A stretch of DNA of 64,000 bases from Candidatus Melainabacteria bacterium (GTDB taxonomy: Bacteria; Cyanobacteriota; Vampirovibrionia; Obscuribacterales; Obscuribacteraceae): positions 14,520 through 78,519 of the forward strand of contig JAFKGK010000013.1 in NCBI GenBank assembly GCA_017307165.1, read 5' to 3'. Shown piece by piece: positions 59,702-64,000 of the stretch (the first letter of the stretch is position 1; each line of letters starts with the position of its first letter). The notes under the pieces were generated by a model. It had not been told where the DNA came from. It worked only from the letters and a program-made list of their open reading frames with translations, and made no database searches. The position numbers were made by a program, and so were the translations under genes.

Positions 59702-61039
59702 TTGGCAGAAGACTACAACGATCTCTACAACGAAGCCCGTCAAAACGGCTCATACGGCAATTTTGAGGCTGCCGCCGGCAATTACGAGCGCGCCGCCGAC
59801 GTAGCCGCCAGAGAGTTTGGCCCTGAGGACGAACGCCTATTGGACAGTCTCAGCCGCCTGGGCTACTGCCGCTACCGCCTTGGTGAGCTGGTCAAGGCCG
59901 AGCAATCCTACAAGGAGGCGCTGACCCTCATCGAGCGTTTTCACAACGACGCCTATCCCGACCGCCTTGCTTCAATACTCTGGGCCCTGGCCGTCCTCAT
60001 GTCGGACGCGCAGCGCTACTCCGAGGCAGAGCAGTATTACAAGCGTTCGATGGCCGTGTCCGAGACCTGGGCGGGACCTACCGACAGATTTGTCGCCGAC
60101 TGCCTCTGGGGCCTATCCAAATGCCTGACCAACTCAGGACGCGGACTCGAAGCCGAGAGCGCCATCAAACGCGCCATTAGCATATACGAGAGCCTCCCTG
60201 ATGATTGCCGCGATTATCTCGCCACCAACCACGCCAATCTCGGTGCTCTCATATTTAAGAGAAATGATTATGAGGGTGCGCTGCACCATTTGGTGAGAGC
60301 ATTTGCATTGAGAGCCGATCTAAATGGCGCAAACCTGGCCGAGACCAAAGATGACGTGCACAAATACGCAAGTGTGCGCTTTGAGCGGTATTACGATGAT
60401 GCGACATTTGCCCTAGTCGAAAAAATCGTCTTTGTCTGTCTCAAGCAGCACAAGTATTCTCTCGCCGAAAAATATCTGCATCAGTCTTTATCCGCTGCCT
60501 ATCGGCTCTTTGGCTACGACGACATGCAGACCCTGGCTATCCTGCTCGAGTCTGCCGCCTGCTACAACAGCCAAAACAAATACTTAAAAACCGTTGCCAT
60601 GCTGCAAAAGCCGCTGTCTATACTCAGACAAGTACCTCTGGAGCGCGACTTTTCGCCACCTGCACTGCGCGTGGCCGTGGCCTTTGAGATGTCGCTCGCT
60701 TTGATCGCACTCAAACGCAAAAAAGAAGCCAAAGAACACCTCAACTGGCTCCTCCAGGTACACCGCGACGATCGACTCTCCCTAGACAATATCTATGCCG
60801 AGAGCAATATGCGCCTGGGTCTCATATTAGAAGAAGAGTGCCAATACAAAAAAGCACGCAAGCATTTTGAAGACGCTTTATTTAGCCGCCAAAAGATCTA
60901 TGGCCCCGAGCACAAGATGGTCGCCGAGGCCATGCTCAATCTCGCCAGATGCTTTGAGTACTTGCGACTCCATGACGAAGCCTCACGCCTCTCGCAAAAG
61001 GCCGGACAAATGATCAGAGATTTGCGCAACAGGGCTTAG
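59702..61039 (+). CDS. Tetratricopeptide-repeat protein (TPR_10/12-like)
   Basis: It has repeated TPR helices (YNEARQNGSYGNFEAAAGNYERA; AEQSYKEALTLIERF; AEQYYKRSMAVSE...). A TTG start follows agggtga; the exact start is uncertain. Confidence 0.6.
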   Translation: MAEDYNDLYNEARQNGSYGNFEAAAGNYERAADVAAREFGPEDERLLDSLSRLGYCRYRLGELVKAEQSYKEALTLIERFHNDAYPDRLASILWALAVLMSDAQRYSEAEQYYKRSMAVSETWAGPTDRFVADCLWGLSKCLTNSGRGLEAESAIKRAISIYESLPDDCRDYLATNHANLGALIFKRNDYEGALHHLVRAFALRADLNGANLAETKDDVHKYASVRFERYYDDATFALVEKIVFVCLKQHKYSLAEKYLHQSLSAAYRLFGYDDMQTLAILLESAACYNSQNKYLKTVAMLQKPLSILRQVPLERDFSPPALRVAVAFEMSLALIALKRKKEAKEHLNWLLQVHRDDRLSLDNIYAESNMRLGLILEEECQYKKARKHFEDALFSRQKIYGPEHKMVAEAMLNLARCFEYLRLHDEASRLSQKAGQMIRDLRNRA

Positions 61040-61059
61040 ATAGCTATATCTAACTGTTT

Positions 61060-63837
<2,778 letters not shown>

Positions 63838-64000
63838 TCAAATCTTTGCCTGAGGCCAAGTTTACAACGAGATCTGGTTTAAATATTAACTTGCTCGTGA
63901 TTTGCATGTGGGATAGGCTTAAGATAATCACAGGTCTAAATGGGTTGGCAATCGTGAACGAAAAAAAAGCTTTGACTCCTCGCAGTGAAACCTCAGAAGC

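Overview
This 64-kb window is chromosomal DNA from a moderately GC-rich, apparently diderm bacterium, inferred from Mla genes, a BamB-like PQQ propeller and ACR3. Coding regions are about 58-65% GC, with conspicuously AT-rich intergenic and accessory patches. From 5' to 3' it contains:
- prfB, 5'-truncated at the window edge.
- A PrkA-PrkA-YeaH(DUF444)-SpoVR stress-kinase cluster, with a divergent extra PrkA paralog and two small downstream genes (one with a Cys tail, one a zinc-ribbon/chagasin-like fusion).
- An IS1380-family insertion sequence.
- A Bat/MoxR-type cluster (vWA, TPR, vWA, MoxR ATPase, DUF58, BatD-like) followed by two tandem S41 C-terminal processing peptidases.
- A ParB-like mini protein and a lipoprotein.
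- A roughly 3.5-kb two-gene cassette (a membrane spermidine-synthase-like protein plus an unknown protein) bracketed by about 228-bp inverted repeats. This is the most unusual structure in the window.
- A GH130-like gene, then a flotillin gene with a membrane-anchored helical partner.
- A low-GC island carrying orphan genes, a WG-repeat secreted protein, an IS6 transposase and a decayed tyrosine integrase.
- An arsR-arsI-like-arsC-acr3 operon whose proteins share vicinal-cysteine tails.
- A 76-bp tandem repeat array of about 6.5 copies.
- An M50 protease, mlaEFD, gatB, an M23 peptidase, a PQQ propeller, HU with a K/A-rich tail, mgtC, a PLD-like nuclease and a PlsC-like acyltransferase.
- A repeat-dense structured intergenic region.
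- trmD, RNase P RNA on the minus strand, a TPR protein and a signal-peptide-bearing KatG.
Many long antisense ORFs in the track are GC-driven artefacts. No CRISPR array, rRNA or convincing tRNA was seen.
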